Origin: Candidatus Berkelbacteria bacterium
GTDB lineage: Bacteria > Patescibacteriota > UBA1384 > XYA2-FULL-43-10 > 1-14-0-10-43-13
NCBI GenBank assembly: GCA_037140515.1
Contig: JBAXEI010000003.1
Span: 300 to 64,299, forward strand
DNA: 64,000 nt
Reading direction: 5' to 3'
The notes beneath the pieces are model-generated. The model saw only the letters and a list, made by a program, of their open reading frames with translations. It had not been told where the DNA came from and did no database searches. Positions 1-10,141 of the stretch are shown here, in pieces. Position numbers and translations under genes: made by a program. How positions within the stretch are numbered: the stretch's first letter is position 1; each line of letters starts with the position of its first letter.

Positions 1-894
1 AGCCGTATCGTTTAGCGTATAGAGGATTATCGCGATAAGTGTATGGCCGTCTCTCTTAGCGGCTGCCACAAGGCAGTGGCTAGCTTCAGGCATGTAGCCT
101 GTTTTGACCCCAAGAATTCCAGAATAGTTCCACTCAGAGACCAATCTATTTGAATTTTTCAGATCATGTGAAATTCTGCCAGAGACACTCGAGACCGTTG
201 TCTGTGGAGTTCGGACGATCTCAGCAAAAAGCGGCAGTTTCATTGCATACTTCGTAATAATCGAGAGATCACTGGCAGTTGACCAGCCTGTTGTATCTAA
301 GCCAGCGGGATCATGATACTCAGTGGAGTTCATACCAAGCGACTTCGCTTTCTCGTTCATCAGAGCAACAAATTTATCAACGCCTGTCTCGTTCCCCGTA
401 TTCATGTGCTCGGCCATCGCATAGGCTGCACGATTTGAGGAAATGATGAGCATGACTTTCAGCAGATTCTGTACGGTAATCTGCTCATTTGTCGTGGTTG
501 TGTAGTCGAGACCGACTTGATTAGCTGCCTTATTAGAAATTGTGACTATATCATCAAGCTTATAATTTTCCAGAGCGATCACCGACGTCATAATCTTCGT
601 CGTCGAGGCAATAGGTACTTTTTCGTTTTCATTTTGCATCGCAAGATATGTGTTGCTATCGGAATCCAAAAGCAAGTAATTCTTTGCGTAAATATTTGGC
701 TCAATCGCACTAGCTTTCACGCGAGGAGGTATTTTGATCTCTGGGAGATCAATCGCCGTATTGAAAGAAGCTGCAGCAATGGACTCATTTCCCGCTCGAG
801 ATGACAATATCTGTCGATCAAGGTCGAGCGACTTTGCGGACATACCAAAAGTATTAAAAAATATCGATAAAATCAGCAAAAACTTTGCAATCAT
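1..894 (-). CDS. D-alanyl-D-alanine carboxypeptidase (peptidase S11), 3' end runs off the window
   Basis: Not in ORF track. Manual translation from ATG at 894 (MIAKFLLILSIFF...) gives the SxxK motif ASTTKIMT, an SxN motif (ISSNRAA) and KTG (KTGYMPEA). Confidence 0.85.
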   Translation of the reverse strand, partial: MIAKFLLILSIFFNTFGMSAKSLDLDRQILSSRAGNESIAAASFNTAIDLPEIKIPPRVKASAIEPNIYAKNYLLLDSDSNTYLAMQNENEKVPIASTTKIMTSVIALENYKLDDIVTISNKAANQVGLDYTTTTNEQITVQNLLKVMLIISSNRAAYAMAEHMNTGNETGVDKFVALMNEKAKSLGMNSTEYHDPAGLDTTGWSTASDLSIITKYAMKLPLFAEIVRTPQTTVSSVSGRISHDLKNSNRLVSEWNYSGILGVKTGYMPEASHCLVAAAKRDGHTLIAIILYTLNDTA

Positions 895-907
895 TTTATT
901 TGTTCGT

Positions 908-1633
908 TTAGACTATTTGTTCTTTGGAAATCTTTTTAAATTCGCCAGGGGCCAAATTCAAATCATCAAGGCTAAGCTTGCCGATTCTGATTCGAACAAG
1001 TTTTAGCACTTCTAGGCCTATTTTATCAGACATCTTACGTATTTGTCGATTGTAGCCGGTGTGGAGAACTAAATTGAGATGCCAAATTTTGTTTGGCGCG
1101 TCTGGACTTGGAATGATGCTAACCTCGTCAGCTTTCATCAAATGTCCATCGATCTCAAGACCACGGGTAAGTCGTTTGATCGCATCATCGACATTTTTCA
1201 CAACGCGACCGCTGTTTACGGCATCAACATCATACTCTTTCTCATGTTTGAAACTTGGATGTGTGATTAGCTGAGTAAGTTCGCCATCGTTTGTCAGCAA
1301 CATCAAGCCTTCAGAGTCAGCATCAAGCCGACCAACTGGATAGACTGCTGCATCCTTCGGAATTATATCCATCACAGTTGGACGCTCAAATTCGTCGCTA
1401 ACAGTAGACAGATAGCCTTTTGGTTTATAAATTGCATAGTATTGCAACTCACCAGTAGGCGCGACTTTTTCACCTTTGAATATGACAATATCACACGAGT
1501 CATCAATAGTTGTACCGAGCTTATCGATCACAACATTGTTGACCATGACATCGCCTGCAAGGATATGCTCTTCGGCCTTACGCCGAGAGCATACACCTGC
1601 ATTTGCTAAATATTTGTTTAGTCTGATTTGCAT
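908..1633 (-). CDS. rluB: rRNA pseudouridine synthase (RluB/RsuA family)
   Basis: S4 domain RLNKYLA..SRRKAE; catalytic GRLD motif; GYNRQIRKM. Confidence 0.85.
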   Translation of the reverse strand: MQIRLNKYLANAGVCSRRKAEEHILAGDVMVNNVVIDKLGTTIDDSCDIVIFKGEKVAPTGELQYYAIYKPKGYLSTVSDEFERPTVMDIIPKDAAVYPVGRLDADSEGLMLLTNDGELTQLITHPSFKHEKEYDVDAVNSGRVVKNVDDAIKRLTRGLEIDGHLMKADEVSIIPSPDAPNKIWHLNLVLHTGYNRQIRKMSDKIGLEVLKLVRIRIGKLSLDDLNLAPGEFKKISKEQIV

Positions 1634-3066
1634 TAGTCTCCTATGACCGTTTCTGCGCCCTGAAGCTCTTTGCCTTCAGCTTCTTTCGCTAGACGAACAT
1701 GAACATCCTTGAGCTGTTGCTCAGAGATTTGGCTTGGAGCGCCCATCATCACGTCTCTTGCATCACCAGTTTTTGGGAAAGCCATGACTTCGCGAATATT
1801 TTTCTCACCAGCGAGAAGCATAACCAAACGATCGATTCCAGGAGCGATGCCGGCATGAGGCGGAGCACCATACTCAAATGCTTCGAGGATATGACCAAAA
1901 CGTCGGTGCTTTTCTTCAGCAGATACACCAAGAAGATCGAAGATTTTATCTTGGATATCTCTTTGGTGAATTCTGACTGAGCCACCGCCAACCTCATAGC
2001 CGTTTAGAACTAAGTCATAAGCATAAGCACGTGCTTCCCCTGGCTTGGTATCAAGAAGAGCGATATCCTCTTTCTGAGGCATCGTAAATGGATGGTGAGA
2101 AGAGACAAGTTTCTTATCAGCGGCTGAGTATTTGAAAAGTGGTGGATCGGTTACCCAACAAAAAGCGAGCTCGTTGTCATCCTCTTTGTCTTCGCGAAGA
2201 TCTGGTTTATCGTTTCCATATTTTTCCATTGAATCTTTATAAACAATTCTTGGAAATGGTGTCGACTTGATATGCTTCTCTGGAGCTACAGCCTTGACCA
2301 TCTCAATCATCATTTTTTCAACTAGTTGAAGGACTTCCTCTTGATCAACAAAGCTCATCTCCATATCAAGCTGAGTGAACTCAGGCTGCCTGTCACCTCG
2401 TTGATCTTCATCACGAAAACATCGCGCAACTTGGAAATAGCGCTCAATGCCAGCGACCATAAGAAGCTGCTTGAACTGCTGAGGACTCTGAGGTAGTACG
2501 TAAAACGAGCCAGGATAAACGCGTGAAGGAACGATAAATTCACGTGCGCCTTCTGGGGTAGATTTGGTGAGAAATGGCGTTTCGATTTCGCGAAAACCCT
2601 CTTTCCAAAGATATTCTCGGAAGAAACGAACCATGTTATGACGAAGTGTGATGTTTTTGTTCATTCTCTCACTTCGAATGTCGAGATATCGGTATTTCAA
2701 ACGAAGCTCTTCGTCTATCCCTACTGTATTTTTGTCGACTTCAAAAGGAGGCGTTTTGGCTTGATTTAGGACTTCGATGTCGATAGCTTCCATCTCAACA
2801 GTCCCTGTAACCATCTTTGGATTAATCATCTTCTCTGGTCGAGTATTGATCTTGCCAGTGACTGAGATGACCCATTCAGGACGAACATCTGTGATTTTGT
2901 CATACGCCTTGCTTCCTGGGACAAAGACAATCTGAATCAGACCAGATCTATCTCTGAGATCGACAAAAACAATCTTGCCGTGATCACGACGAGTGTTCAC
3001 CCAGCCAGAAATTTTTACCTCTTCTCCAGCCTTACTTGCGGTCTCTTCGATTAGAATTCTTTTCAT
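1633..3066 (-). CDS. aspS: Aspartyl-tRNA synthetase, compact form lacking GAD domain
   Basis: OB-fold RRDHG; LPQSPQQFKQLLM; FRDED..RQPEFTQLD; GAPPHAG. Start moved to MKRIL (3066) to avoid overlap with pheT. Confidence 0.95.
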   Translation of the reverse strand: MKRILIEETASKAGEEVKISGWVNTRRDHGKIVFVDLRDRSGLIQIVFVPGSKAYDKITDVRPEWVISVTGKINTRPEKMINPKMVTGTVEMEAIDIEVLNQAKTPPFEVDKNTVGIDEELRLKYRYLDIRSERMNKNITLRHNMVRFFREYLWKEGFREIETPFLTKSTPEGAREFIVPSRVYPGSFYVLPQSPQQFKQLLMVAGIERYFQVARCFRDEDQRGDRQPEFTQLDMEMSFVDQEEVLQLVEKMMIEMVKAVAPEKHIKSTPFPRIVYKDSMEKYGNDKPDLREDKEDDNELAFCWVTDPPLFKYSAADKKLVSSHHPFTMPQKEDIALLDTKPGEARAYAYDLVLNGYEVGGGSVRIHQRDIQDKIFDLLGVSAEEKHRRFGHILEAFEYGAPPHAGIAPGIDRLVMLLAGEKNIREVMAFPKTGDARDVMMGAPSQISEQQLKDVHVRLAKEAEGKELQGAETVIGD

Positions 3067-3085
3067 ATATAGTCCTTTTAATTTA

Positions 3086-5344
3086 TTATTTATCTCTAAA
3101 CTTTGCTTCAAACTTCTCTTCTACAGCATCAACAACCTTCTTGATGATATCGTTTGCGTCAGCGTCTACCATTGTCTTATTCATATCCTGAAGATAAAGA
3201 TGGTAAGCAATATTTTTCTTGCCAGCACCGAGCTTATCAGATGCAAATTCGTCGAAAAGCTCAACTCGGTTTATATGATCTGAAATGCTATAAATAAGAT
3301 CACCAACTTCGCTGGAAGATATATTTGCATTTACCAAGAACGCTAAATCTCGAGTAAGAGACGGGTATTTCGAAAGCGGACGATAATGAATATTTTTTGT
3401 GTACTCCTTGATCTCAGGATTCAGATCTGTCTTTTTCATTGCTTCAACGAGGACGTCCATGTCAATCTCAGCGACACATGTGACTAGCTTCTTGATCTTG
3501 AACCGTTCAACTTCAGCGGCGGTAAGCTCACGGACATTAAACAGTTTTGCATCGATTTTGGCAGTATCAGCAATTTTCATTACTGCAGCTTCGATCTCTT
3601 TCTTGGCTTGTTTCCCTGATGTCGCTATTGTGAGATAAACATTTTCTTCTTTTTTCGTAAAAGCATGGCCAACTTCGAAGATCAAAACCTGATCAAAAGT
3701 TGGATTCTTGGCAACTGCCTTGAGTATTCCAGGAATTAGAGATTTTCGAAGATATTTGATTTCAGGCTGAACTGGATTCGCGACCTCTATGAGATCGTCA
3801 GCAGAGTCGCCCAAAACTTTGAGATCCTGCTCGCTCATGAAAGCGTAGCCGTAAACCTCAGAAAAGCCTTCATCGACAAGAATATCTTTGATAAATTCTT
3901 TGAAGTAGTATGGACTCTTTGCAGGCGCCGCAGTGACTGGGATAGAAGCTTTCGGAATATTGTTCAGACCGTAGATACGAGAAACTTCCTCGGCGAGGTC
4001 CTGCCAGATAGAAACATCGTGACGCCAAGATGGCACAACAACATGATCTTTTTCTATTGCAAAACCGAGGCCAAGTAATATTTTGTCAATTTCTTCATTC
4101 TTCAGCTTCAAACCACATAATGCATTGATTTTCTCGTAGTTTAATTCAGCTATTTCAACAACTCTAGGCGATGCAACAGAAACTAAGTCGGAGCTGACTT
4201 CTCCACCTGCCAATTCAAGAATAAGGCTTGTTGCTTTTGAAATCGCCTTTACTAGCGCGCCAGAATCAATTCCACGTTCATATCGGTAGCTTGCGTCAGT
4301 TGATAGATTTAGAGTTTTTGCCGTTTTTCTGATGCTTCTTCTCTCAAACTCAGCACACTCAAGTATGATCTCCGTGGTATCTGCCTCAATCTCAGAGTTT
4401 GCACCGCCCATGACGCCTGCTAAGGCGATTGCATCGTGTTCGTCGGCAATCACGAGCATATCCTCGTTTAGCGCACGCACGCTGCCGTCTAGGGTCACGA
4501 GATCCTCGTTCTCATGTGCTTTGCGGACGATAATCCCCTCTTTTACCTTCTTCGCATCAAAAGCGTGCATTGGCTGGCCCATATCGAGCATGATGTAGTT
4601 TGTGATATCAACAATATTATTGATAGAGCGAGAGCCACAAGCCTCTACTCGTTTCTTTAGCCACTCTGGCGATTCGCCGATCTTGATGTTTTTGATCTTG
4701 ATTCCATGATATTGCATGCAGAGCTCTGGATTTTCTATTTTGATAGACAACCCTTCATTTCCAGCTTTTAGCTCAGGTAAAACTTTCTCTGCTTTTAGCT
4801 CTTTCTTCAACAGAGCTCTAAGCTCGCGAGCAACGCCAAGATGAGAGAGCTCATCACCTCTGTTTGGAGTGATTTCGACATCGAAAACAGTATCAGATTC
4901 AATATATGAATTTAGAGTTTTCCCGACAGTCCAGCTAGCATCTAGAATCATGATTCCAGCATGATCAGCGCCAAGTCCGAGTTCATCAGCAGCGCAGAGC
5001 ATACCAAAAGACTCGACACCACGAATTTCCGCTTTTTTGATTACGAAATCTTCGCCAAGATTGGCACCGACAAGAGCGAGAGGAACAATTTGGCCAGCTT
5101 CGATATTTGGTGCGCCACAGACAATCTGTAGCTCTTCCTCGCCAGTCCAAACTTTCGCGATGCGTAGCCGATCAGCATTTGGATGAGGACTGACTTCACG
5201 GATTTCAGCTATGATGACTTTGTCATCAAGAGTAGACTGAAAATCGTCAACGGCTGTACCAGAGAGGCTAAGTGCGTCTGCCAATTCTTGATCAGTGAGA
5301 TCGAAATCTATGTATTCTTTTAACCAACTTTTTAGTATTTTCAT
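3086..5344 (-). CDS. pheT: Phenylalanyl-tRNA synthetase beta subunit
   Basis: HPNADRL, IVCGAPN, ITPNRGD.LSHLGVARE, TDASYRYERG, C-terminal FDX-ACB domain. Confidence 0.97.
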   Translation of the reverse strand: MKILKSWLKEYIDFDLTDQELADALSLSGTAVDDFQSTLDDKVIIAEIREVSPHPNADRLRIAKVWTGEEELQIVCGAPNIEAGQIVPLALVGANLGEDFVIKKAEIRGVESFGMLCAADELGLGADHAGIMILDASWTVGKTLNSYIESDTVFDVEITPNRGDELSHLGVARELRALLKKELKAEKVLPELKAGNEGLSIKIENPELCMQYHGIKIKNIKIGESPEWLKKRVEACGSRSINNIVDITNYIMLDMGQPMHAFDAKKVKEGIIVRKAHENEDLVTLDGSVRALNEDMLVIADEHDAIALAGVMGGANSEIEADTTEIILECAEFERRSIRKTAKTLNLSTDASYRYERGIDSGALVKAISKATSLILELAGGEVSSDLVSVASPRVVEIAELNYEKINALCGLKLKNEEIDKILLGLGFAIEKDHVVVPSWRHDVSIWQDLAEEVSRIYGLNNIPKASIPVTAAPAKSPYYFKEFIKDILVDEGFSEVYGYAFMSEQDLKVLGDSADDLIEVANPVQPEIKYLRKSLIPGILKAVAKNPTFDQVLIFEVGHAFTKKEENVYLTIATSGKQAKKEIEAAVMKIADTAKIDAKLFNVRELTAAEVERFKIKKLVTCVAEIDMDVLVEAMKKTDLNPEIKEYTKNIHYRPLSKYPSLTRDLAFLVNANISSSEVGDLIYSISDHINRVELFDEFASDKLGAGKKNIAYHLYLQDMNKTMVDADANDIIKKVVDAVEEKFEAKFRDK

Positions 5345-5370
5345 ATATATCCTAGTTTTGATTTATGCTG

Positions 5371-6054
5371 TTAGAACTGCTTCAGGAAACGAAGATCGCC
5401 AAGGCGAAATGGCCTGATATCTTGAATGCCGTACTTGACCATGATCGGGCGCTCAATTCCTGGACCAAAAGCGAAGCCAGAGTAGATCTTTGGATCTAGG
5501 CCCATATTCTCAATAACCTTTGGATGGACCATGCCGGCGCCGCCAAGCTCAAACCACTTATTTTTGAATCTAGCATAAAACTCAACACTTGGCTCAGTAA
5601 ATGGAAAATGTCCAGTCTGAAAGCGGATTTTGACATCGTCACCGTATGTGTATTTGTAGAAATCTTCCAGAATCTTGATAAGCTGACCCAAATGAACACC
5701 TTTGTCGATGTATAGGCCTTCAAGCTGCAAAAAAGTAGTTTCATGGCCAGCATCGGTTGACTCGTTTCTGTAGCAAACTCCTGGGACGATCACTTTGATC
5801 GGCGGAGTCTTGCCTTCACCATAACGAACCTGCGAATTTGATGTCTGCGTGCGAAGAAGTCGCCCATCTTTGAGCCAGAAAGTGTCTTGTGTGTCGCGAG
5901 AAGGATGGTCGGAAGCAACATTTAGCGCATCGAAATTGTACCATTCAGTATCGACTTCTGGGCCTTCAAAAACGTCAAAGCCAAGCTTTTCGAAAAACAT
6001 TACAGCTTTTCTGACTGTCTGAGTGACTGGATGAAGTGTACCTTGTGATTTCAT
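5371..6054 (-). CDS. pheS: Phenylalanyl-tRNA synthetase alpha subunit (catalytic domain only)
   Basis: GTLHP, NFDALN..HPSRDTQDTF, FPFTEPS, GFAFG, DLRFLKQF; upstream SD aaggag. Confidence 0.95.
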   Translation of the reverse strand: MKSQGTLHPVTQTVRKAVMFFEKLGFDVFEGPEVDTEWYNFDALNVASDHPSRDTQDTFWLKDGRLLRTQTSNSQVRYGEGKTPPIKVIVPGVCYRNESTDAGHETTFLQLEGLYIDKGVHLGQLIKILEDFYKYTYGDDVKIRFQTGHFPFTEPSVEFYARFKNKWFELGGAGMVHPKVIENMGLDPKIYSGFAFGPGIERPIMVKYGIQDIRPFRLGDLRFLKQF

Positions 6055-6094
6055 ATGACTTCCTTCTTAAAATATTGCGAACTTGTATGTAAAA

Positions 6095-6478
6095 TTATTT
6101 GACTTTTGTCTTCTTGGTTTGAAAAAAAAGCTCGAGTAACGCTGTGACTATAAGCAGAGAAATACCGGTAAGCCAATCGAGGATATGCATACTGGCAAGG
6201 AAAAGTGCAGCGGTCGCTGCAAGTGAAAAAAGTGAAGCCTGACGGACTGATGGCCAGAAATGATTGTAGATTGTTTTCTCTTTGCTGACACGCGATTTGA
6301 TGAAGTAAAGAGCTATCGCAACAATTCCAGCAAGAGCCATAAAAAATGATACGTAAAAATTTACGAAGATTGTACGACCCGCTTGATATGGATCGTAGTT
6401 GAATATGCTAATAACAGTCGATGCGACTGCGAGGACTGTCAGCGAAAATAGAAAAAATAAATTTCTAAGCAAGGCCAT
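6095..6478 (-). CDS. Hypothetical multi-pass membrane protein
   Basis: 127 aa with about four hydrophobic segments; start overlaps rbfA stop. Confidence 0.7.
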   Translation of the reverse strand: MALLRNLFFLFSLTVLAVASTVISIFNYDPYQAGRTIFVNFYVSFFMALAGIVAIALYFIKSRVSKEKTIYNHFWPSVRQASLFSLAATAALFLASMHILDWLTGISLLIVTALLELFFQTKKTKVK

Positions 6479-6804
6479 TATTTCTCTTTGATTTCGTTTA
6501 ATATTTTCTCGATTTTGGATGCTTTTTCTTCAGTCAGGTCGCTCACGAAGTAGAGGCTAGGAACACGTCTTGCCACGATTCTCTTGGCCAAAACAGTACG
6601 AATTCTTGGTGCTTCGATGCGGCAGGTATTTATCACCTTTTCGATATTGTTTATCGCACTTACCCAGACCTTCGCAAAGGACAAATCCTTCGAGATGTGG
6701 ACTTGGGTTACTGTCACGATTTGATCAGGAAAAAGCAGTCTTAGCTCTTCTGAGACTTCTCGCAAAATCAACTCATCAAATTTTTGCATTCTATTTGTTA
6801 CCAT
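6478..6804 (-). CDS. rbfA: Ribosome-binding factor A
   Basis: VTVTQVHISKDLSFAKVWVS and RRVPSLYFVSD motifs; start chosen at ATG 6804, just downstream of an extended -10. Confidence 0.85.
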   Translation of the reverse strand: MVTNRMQKFDELILREVSEELRLLFPDQIVTVTQVHISKDLSFAKVWVSAINNIEKVINTCRIEAPRIRTVLAKRIVARRVPSLYFVSDLTEEKASKIEKILNEIKEK

Positions 6805-6810
6805 ATCTAT

Positions 6811-6819
6811 TTTATAGCA
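6811..6819 (-). promoter_or_regulatory. Extended -10 promoter, candidate leaderless rbfA transcript
   Basis: TGcTATAAA ends 6 nt before ATG 6804; no SD. Confidence 0.5.
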
Positions 6820-6870
6820 CAAAAATCACTTCTTTACTACATCTGTGAATAAGAGACTAGGTGTTTACAT

Positions 6871-6946
6871 TGTCATCCTGAACTTGATTCAGGATCTTCT
6901 AACCGTTTAAATAGCGACGGGATCCTGAAACAAGTTCAGGATGACA
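6871..6946. repeat. REP/dRS3-like bipartite palindromic element, copy 1
   Basis: TGTCATCCTGAACTTGATTCAGGATC...GATCCTGAAACAAGTTCAGGATGACA; near reverse complement of 34769-34843. Confidence 0.85.
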
Positions 6947-6958
6947 CGCGCTTAAGCA

Positions 6959-7474
6959 TTATTTCTGTTTGAACTCAACCTGCAGAATGTTAGAATCGAG
7001 AATTTCGGTGCTAACAATCTCAAAAGAGCTGTTTTCTGAAATATTTTTGAATAATGGAGTTCCGTTGTCTACAATGACCGAATTATAATTGATAATCATC
7101 CTGTTTATCATATTTTTCTCAAGAAAATCAGAGTAGAGAGATGTACCGCCTGAGACCAAGCCAACTTTTATGCCATTTTCTTCAAGCTTAGCATTCAAAT
7201 CATTGATATCTTTACAGAATACGACATTCTTAAATTCGCTTTTGGTCTCCTCGCCGGATGGGACAAAGATCATTTCGTCCTTGAAATCGGAGATATACTC
7301 CTCGCCCCAGGAAAGGACTTTTTCGTATGTTTTTCGTCCCCAGATCAGATTGCCGTGATCGCTCACGATTTTCTTGAACTCTTCCCAATTTTGTTCTGGA
7401 AAACAATCCTCAGTACCATCGGCGCTTGCAATATAGCCATTCATCGAAACAGTTGCATACAAATCAAACTTCAT
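6959..7474 (-). CDS. Dihydrofolate reductase / RibD C-terminal family protein
   Basis: SMNGYIA, WGRKTYE, SGGTSLY, GTPLF motifs. Confidence 0.85.
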   Translation of the reverse strand: MKFDLYATVSMNGYIASADGTEDCFPEQNWEEFKKIVSDHGNLIWGRKTYEKVLSWGEEYISDFKDEMIFVPSGEETKSEFKNVVFCKDINDLNAKLEENGIKVGLVSGGTSLYSDFLEKNMINRMIINYNSVIVDNGTPLFKNISENSSFEIVSTEILDSNILQVEFKQK

Positions 7475-7527
7475 AATATTTCCTCTGTCTAATTACATCT
7501 TTATACAAGTATTCTAGAGTATTTTGC

Positions 7528-7569
7528 AATAAAAAAATACCTCGATTCATTTATTGAGATCGAGGTATC
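7528..7569 (-). terminator. Intrinsic terminator
   Basis: GATACCTCGAT...ATCGAGGTATTTTTTTATT on the minus strand after the 7574-8068 ORF. Confidence 0.6.
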
Positions 7570-7573
7570 ACGA

Positions 7574-8068
7574 TTAATTGGTTGTTTGTCTTTTCTTGCC
7601 TGCAGAAAGGAAAGTAAGGCATAGGCCTATAATAACTGCCACAAAAGACAGAACAATCAGCAGAGCTAAAATTGATTTCATGCCTATCCAGATCAATACG
7701 ATCAGAACATTCACAACGATCAAGGAGAGCGTAAACCAACCGAGCCATGGTCTTGGTTTACGCTCCTTTAGCAGTTCAAAAGATTCCAGGCCATATGGGT
7801 CAAATACGCTTAGCCCCGCACAAAGCCAATAGAACATAAGAGAGAAACAGACTAGCCCGATATCAGGATGATTGTTTGGAGCAAGTAGACACAACGTGGC
7901 ATACCACGTCGGAGCAAGGATAAAAAATATTACCTTTGCAACCCGGATAAGATTGGCACAAGTTTCATCATTCTTTCTTTCGTAAGCCTTTGCGGCCAGA
8001 AATAAGAAAAATATAGTTGCAAGTACACAACCGAGTGAAATATACGATGCGATGATTATCATCAGCAC
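7574..8068 (-). CDS. Hypothetical membrane protein
   Basis: About five hydrophobic segments; GTG start with G-rich SD; own TTGACA promoter upstream. Confidence 0.65.
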   Translation of the reverse strand: MLMIIIASYISLGCVLATIFFLFLAAKAYERKNDETCANLIRVAKVIFFILAPTWYATLCLLAPNNHPDIGLVCFSLMFYWLCAGLSVFDPYGLESFELLKERKPRPWLGWFTLSLIVVNVLIVLIWIGMKSILALLIVLSFVAVIIGLCLTFLSAGKKRQTTN

Positions 8069-8207
8069 TCCCCCTTTTTTACATTGCCGGCCCTTGCCTT
8101 AGTTAATGTATTGCGCATAATATAACACTTTTTTGAACGTTTTGTCAAGACAGGTTTTGGCGAATAAAAAATACCTCAGCGATGTTTTGCCAAGGTATCT
8201 GTGATAT

Positions 8208-8621
8208 TCACTTTTTTCTCGTTGTGATCCACACAACGGATGGGATAGGTTTTGCCGGCTTTTCCGGTGGGACTGGCGGACAGATGTCCGCGGTTGACAT
8301 CGGTGTATAACGCTCGACTATCGTCCAGCCAATAATCTGCCGATTGGGACACTCTCGATCAAATGTCGCCATGTCTTGCTCAAAGGTAGAGACAATTTCC
8401 CTTTTATCTGTCAGCCGAAGCTTCCAAACATAGGTATCTTCGCTCATCTTCGTAAAGTTAGGACCTGCAAATTGAGTAGCATTTTCGCTCTCAAACGCCA
8501 ATTTTTTGGCTGATGCTGCTTTTGCATCGTATGCCGCGCCAAATACTGCGCAAAGTACAAATACTACTGTGAGTATAAGCAACAGTTTGAGAATCCCCGA
8601 GCGGTCATCTTTCTGACTCAT
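8208..8621 (-). CDS. Hypothetical membrane-anchored/exported protein
   Basis: SD GGAGGTG before ATG 8621; single N-terminal hydrophobic helix. Confidence 0.65.
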   Translation of the reverse strand: MSQKDDRSGILKLLLILTVVFVLCAVFGAAYDAKAASAKKLAFESENATQFAGPNFTKMSEDTYVWKLRLTDKREIVSTFEQDMATFDRECPNRQIIGWTIVERYTPMSTADICPPVPPEKPAKPIPSVVWITTRKK

Positions 8622-8727
8622 TTCGCTCACCTCCGAAATTTCGTTCTGATCTGAGAGTACTATCTTCTTCTCGAATATGCAAGATAAAAAAATATGGCTG
8701 GTAGAATAAATTCCACCAGCCACTAAC

Positions 8728-9210
8728 TTACTTACGATACGTTACCGCTGCCTTAGGTGATAGAGGATAGACATCATGAATATAATTCAGGGCGTCCTTC
8801 TCTTTGTTAAAGGCCAAAGTAACTTTTTCATCAGGAACTTCAAAGGTATCATTTACGTTACCATATTGAATAATCCAGATGTTATGCTGACGATCAGTCA
8901 ACATCCCAGTAGAGACCAATGCTGCTAATGCGATTTTCAGCACCTTTGCATGAGTAACCCCAGAATCTCTCAAAGTCCTCAGGAAATTCCATGAGACTCT
9001 GATCTGATCTTCAACAATCGTTGGCCATAAATTTGCCAAAAATGGTGCTGTTTCGAAGGCTTTTGATTGATAGCTAAAGATTCCTTCGATCTCGTCACGA
9101 TCGGCATCAGAACAATTATAAAGTGCCTGATTTTGCCAATCTTTACTCGTAGGGTTATATTGAAATACAACTCCACTGATAGGTTTGGGCATGCTTGGAC
9201 TTGCTGGCAT
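8728..9210 (-). CDS. Hypothetical protein
   Basis: 160 aa; SD AAGGAGG; TTGACA promoter near 9276. Confidence 0.65.
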   Translation of the reverse strand: MPASPSMPKPISGVVFQYNPTSKDWQNQALYNCSDADRDEIEGIFSYQSKAFETAPFLANLWPTIVEDQIRVSWNFLRTLRDSGVTHAKVLKIALAALVSTGMLTDRQHNIWIIQYGNVNDTFEVPDEKVTLAFNKEKDALNYIHDVYPLSPKAAVTYRK

Positions 9211-9313
9211 AATATACCTCCTTATGCCATTTTGATTCGCTAAATACTTTATACAACTTTATTATAATATTGTCAATAGTTACTGACAAAGCAATCTTTT
9301 ATAAGATGCTTTC

Positions 9314-9355
9314 CCTACAACAAAAGCGCTTCGAAATGAGCGCTTTTGTTGTAGG
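9314..9355. terminator. Long hairpin downstream of racemase gene
   Basis: CCTACAACAAAAGCGCT...AGCGCTTTTGTTGTAGG. Confidence 0.7.
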
Positions 9356-9364
9356 TGCAATAAC

Positions 9365-10054
9365 TTAGCTCAGTATCTCTACTACCGTTGCATCGGCGAG
9401 GACTTTCATCGTGTCAAATATTTTTAGCTTTGGATGCTTTGGAATCAGGAGCTGCAGATCGGTGCAAGCAAGCATCACACAGTCAACATTTTTCGCTTCG
9501 AAATCACCAATTATCTTGATGAATTCTTCCCTATCTCTATTATTCTGACGACCAGTAACAAGGTTCATAATAAACTTACCCATCTTGGCCTGCTGGTAAT
9601 CGTCCGGGGTTGCATACTGGATGGCAGACTCAGCAAAGGCATTTTCATACAGCTTGTTCTCAATTGTTGCTGAAGTCGAGACAATACCTACTCGAGAAAA
9701 ACTTGATTCTTTGATGAACTTGACCGTCTCTTCAACTATGCTAAGAACTGGAATGCTTACGCTTTTTCTGATCTCTTCAATGAAGATATGAAGCGAATTA
9801 CAGGGCATGACGATAAAGTCGGCGCCAGCCTTTTCCAAGCGTTGCGCCTCAGCCGTCAAATACGGAATATAGCGCTCTGAGCCTACATTTCTCATTATCA
9901 GATCTTCTTCAATTTGGTATGGAAGCGGAACACTAGAAATTATTATATTTGGACGAGCGGTCTTGTTCTTCTCCTGGCATGAGAAGATAACGTCAAGATA
10001 AAACTCAGCTGTTGTTTCCGGACCAACTCCACCTATTATCCCTACTTTTTTCAT
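9365..10054 (-). CDS. Aspartate/glutamate (amino-acid) racemase family protein
   Basis: MKKVGIIGGVGPETT; catalytic cysteines in MPCNSLH and LACTDL; SD aaggag. Confidence 0.9.
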   Translation of the reverse strand: MKKVGIIGGVGPETTAEFYLDVIFSCQEKNKTARPNIIISSVPLPYQIEEDLIMRNVGSERYIPYLTAEAQRLEKAGADFIVMPCNSLHIFIEEIRKSVSIPVLSIVEETVKFIKESSFSRVGIVSTSATIENKLYENAFAESAIQYATPDDYQQAKMGKFIMNLVTGRQNNRDREEFIKIIGDFEAKNVDCVMLACTDLQLLIPKHPKLKIFDTMKVLADATVVEILS

Positions 10055-10141
10055 ATATGGCTCCTTCTTTATTACGCTATTTGCTCTACTGAGATTACAA
10101 TATTTAGCTAAAATACACAAACGGATGTGCACGGTGTTACA

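Noticed and set aside
517-1274. Short plus-strand ORFs at the window start
   Set aside because: They are antisense to the carboxypeptidase and rluB genes, which carry clear catalytic motifs.
8208-8621. Type IV pilin-like protein
   Set aside because: It has G followed by a hydrophobic run but lacks the F+1 and E+5 of the prepilin motif.
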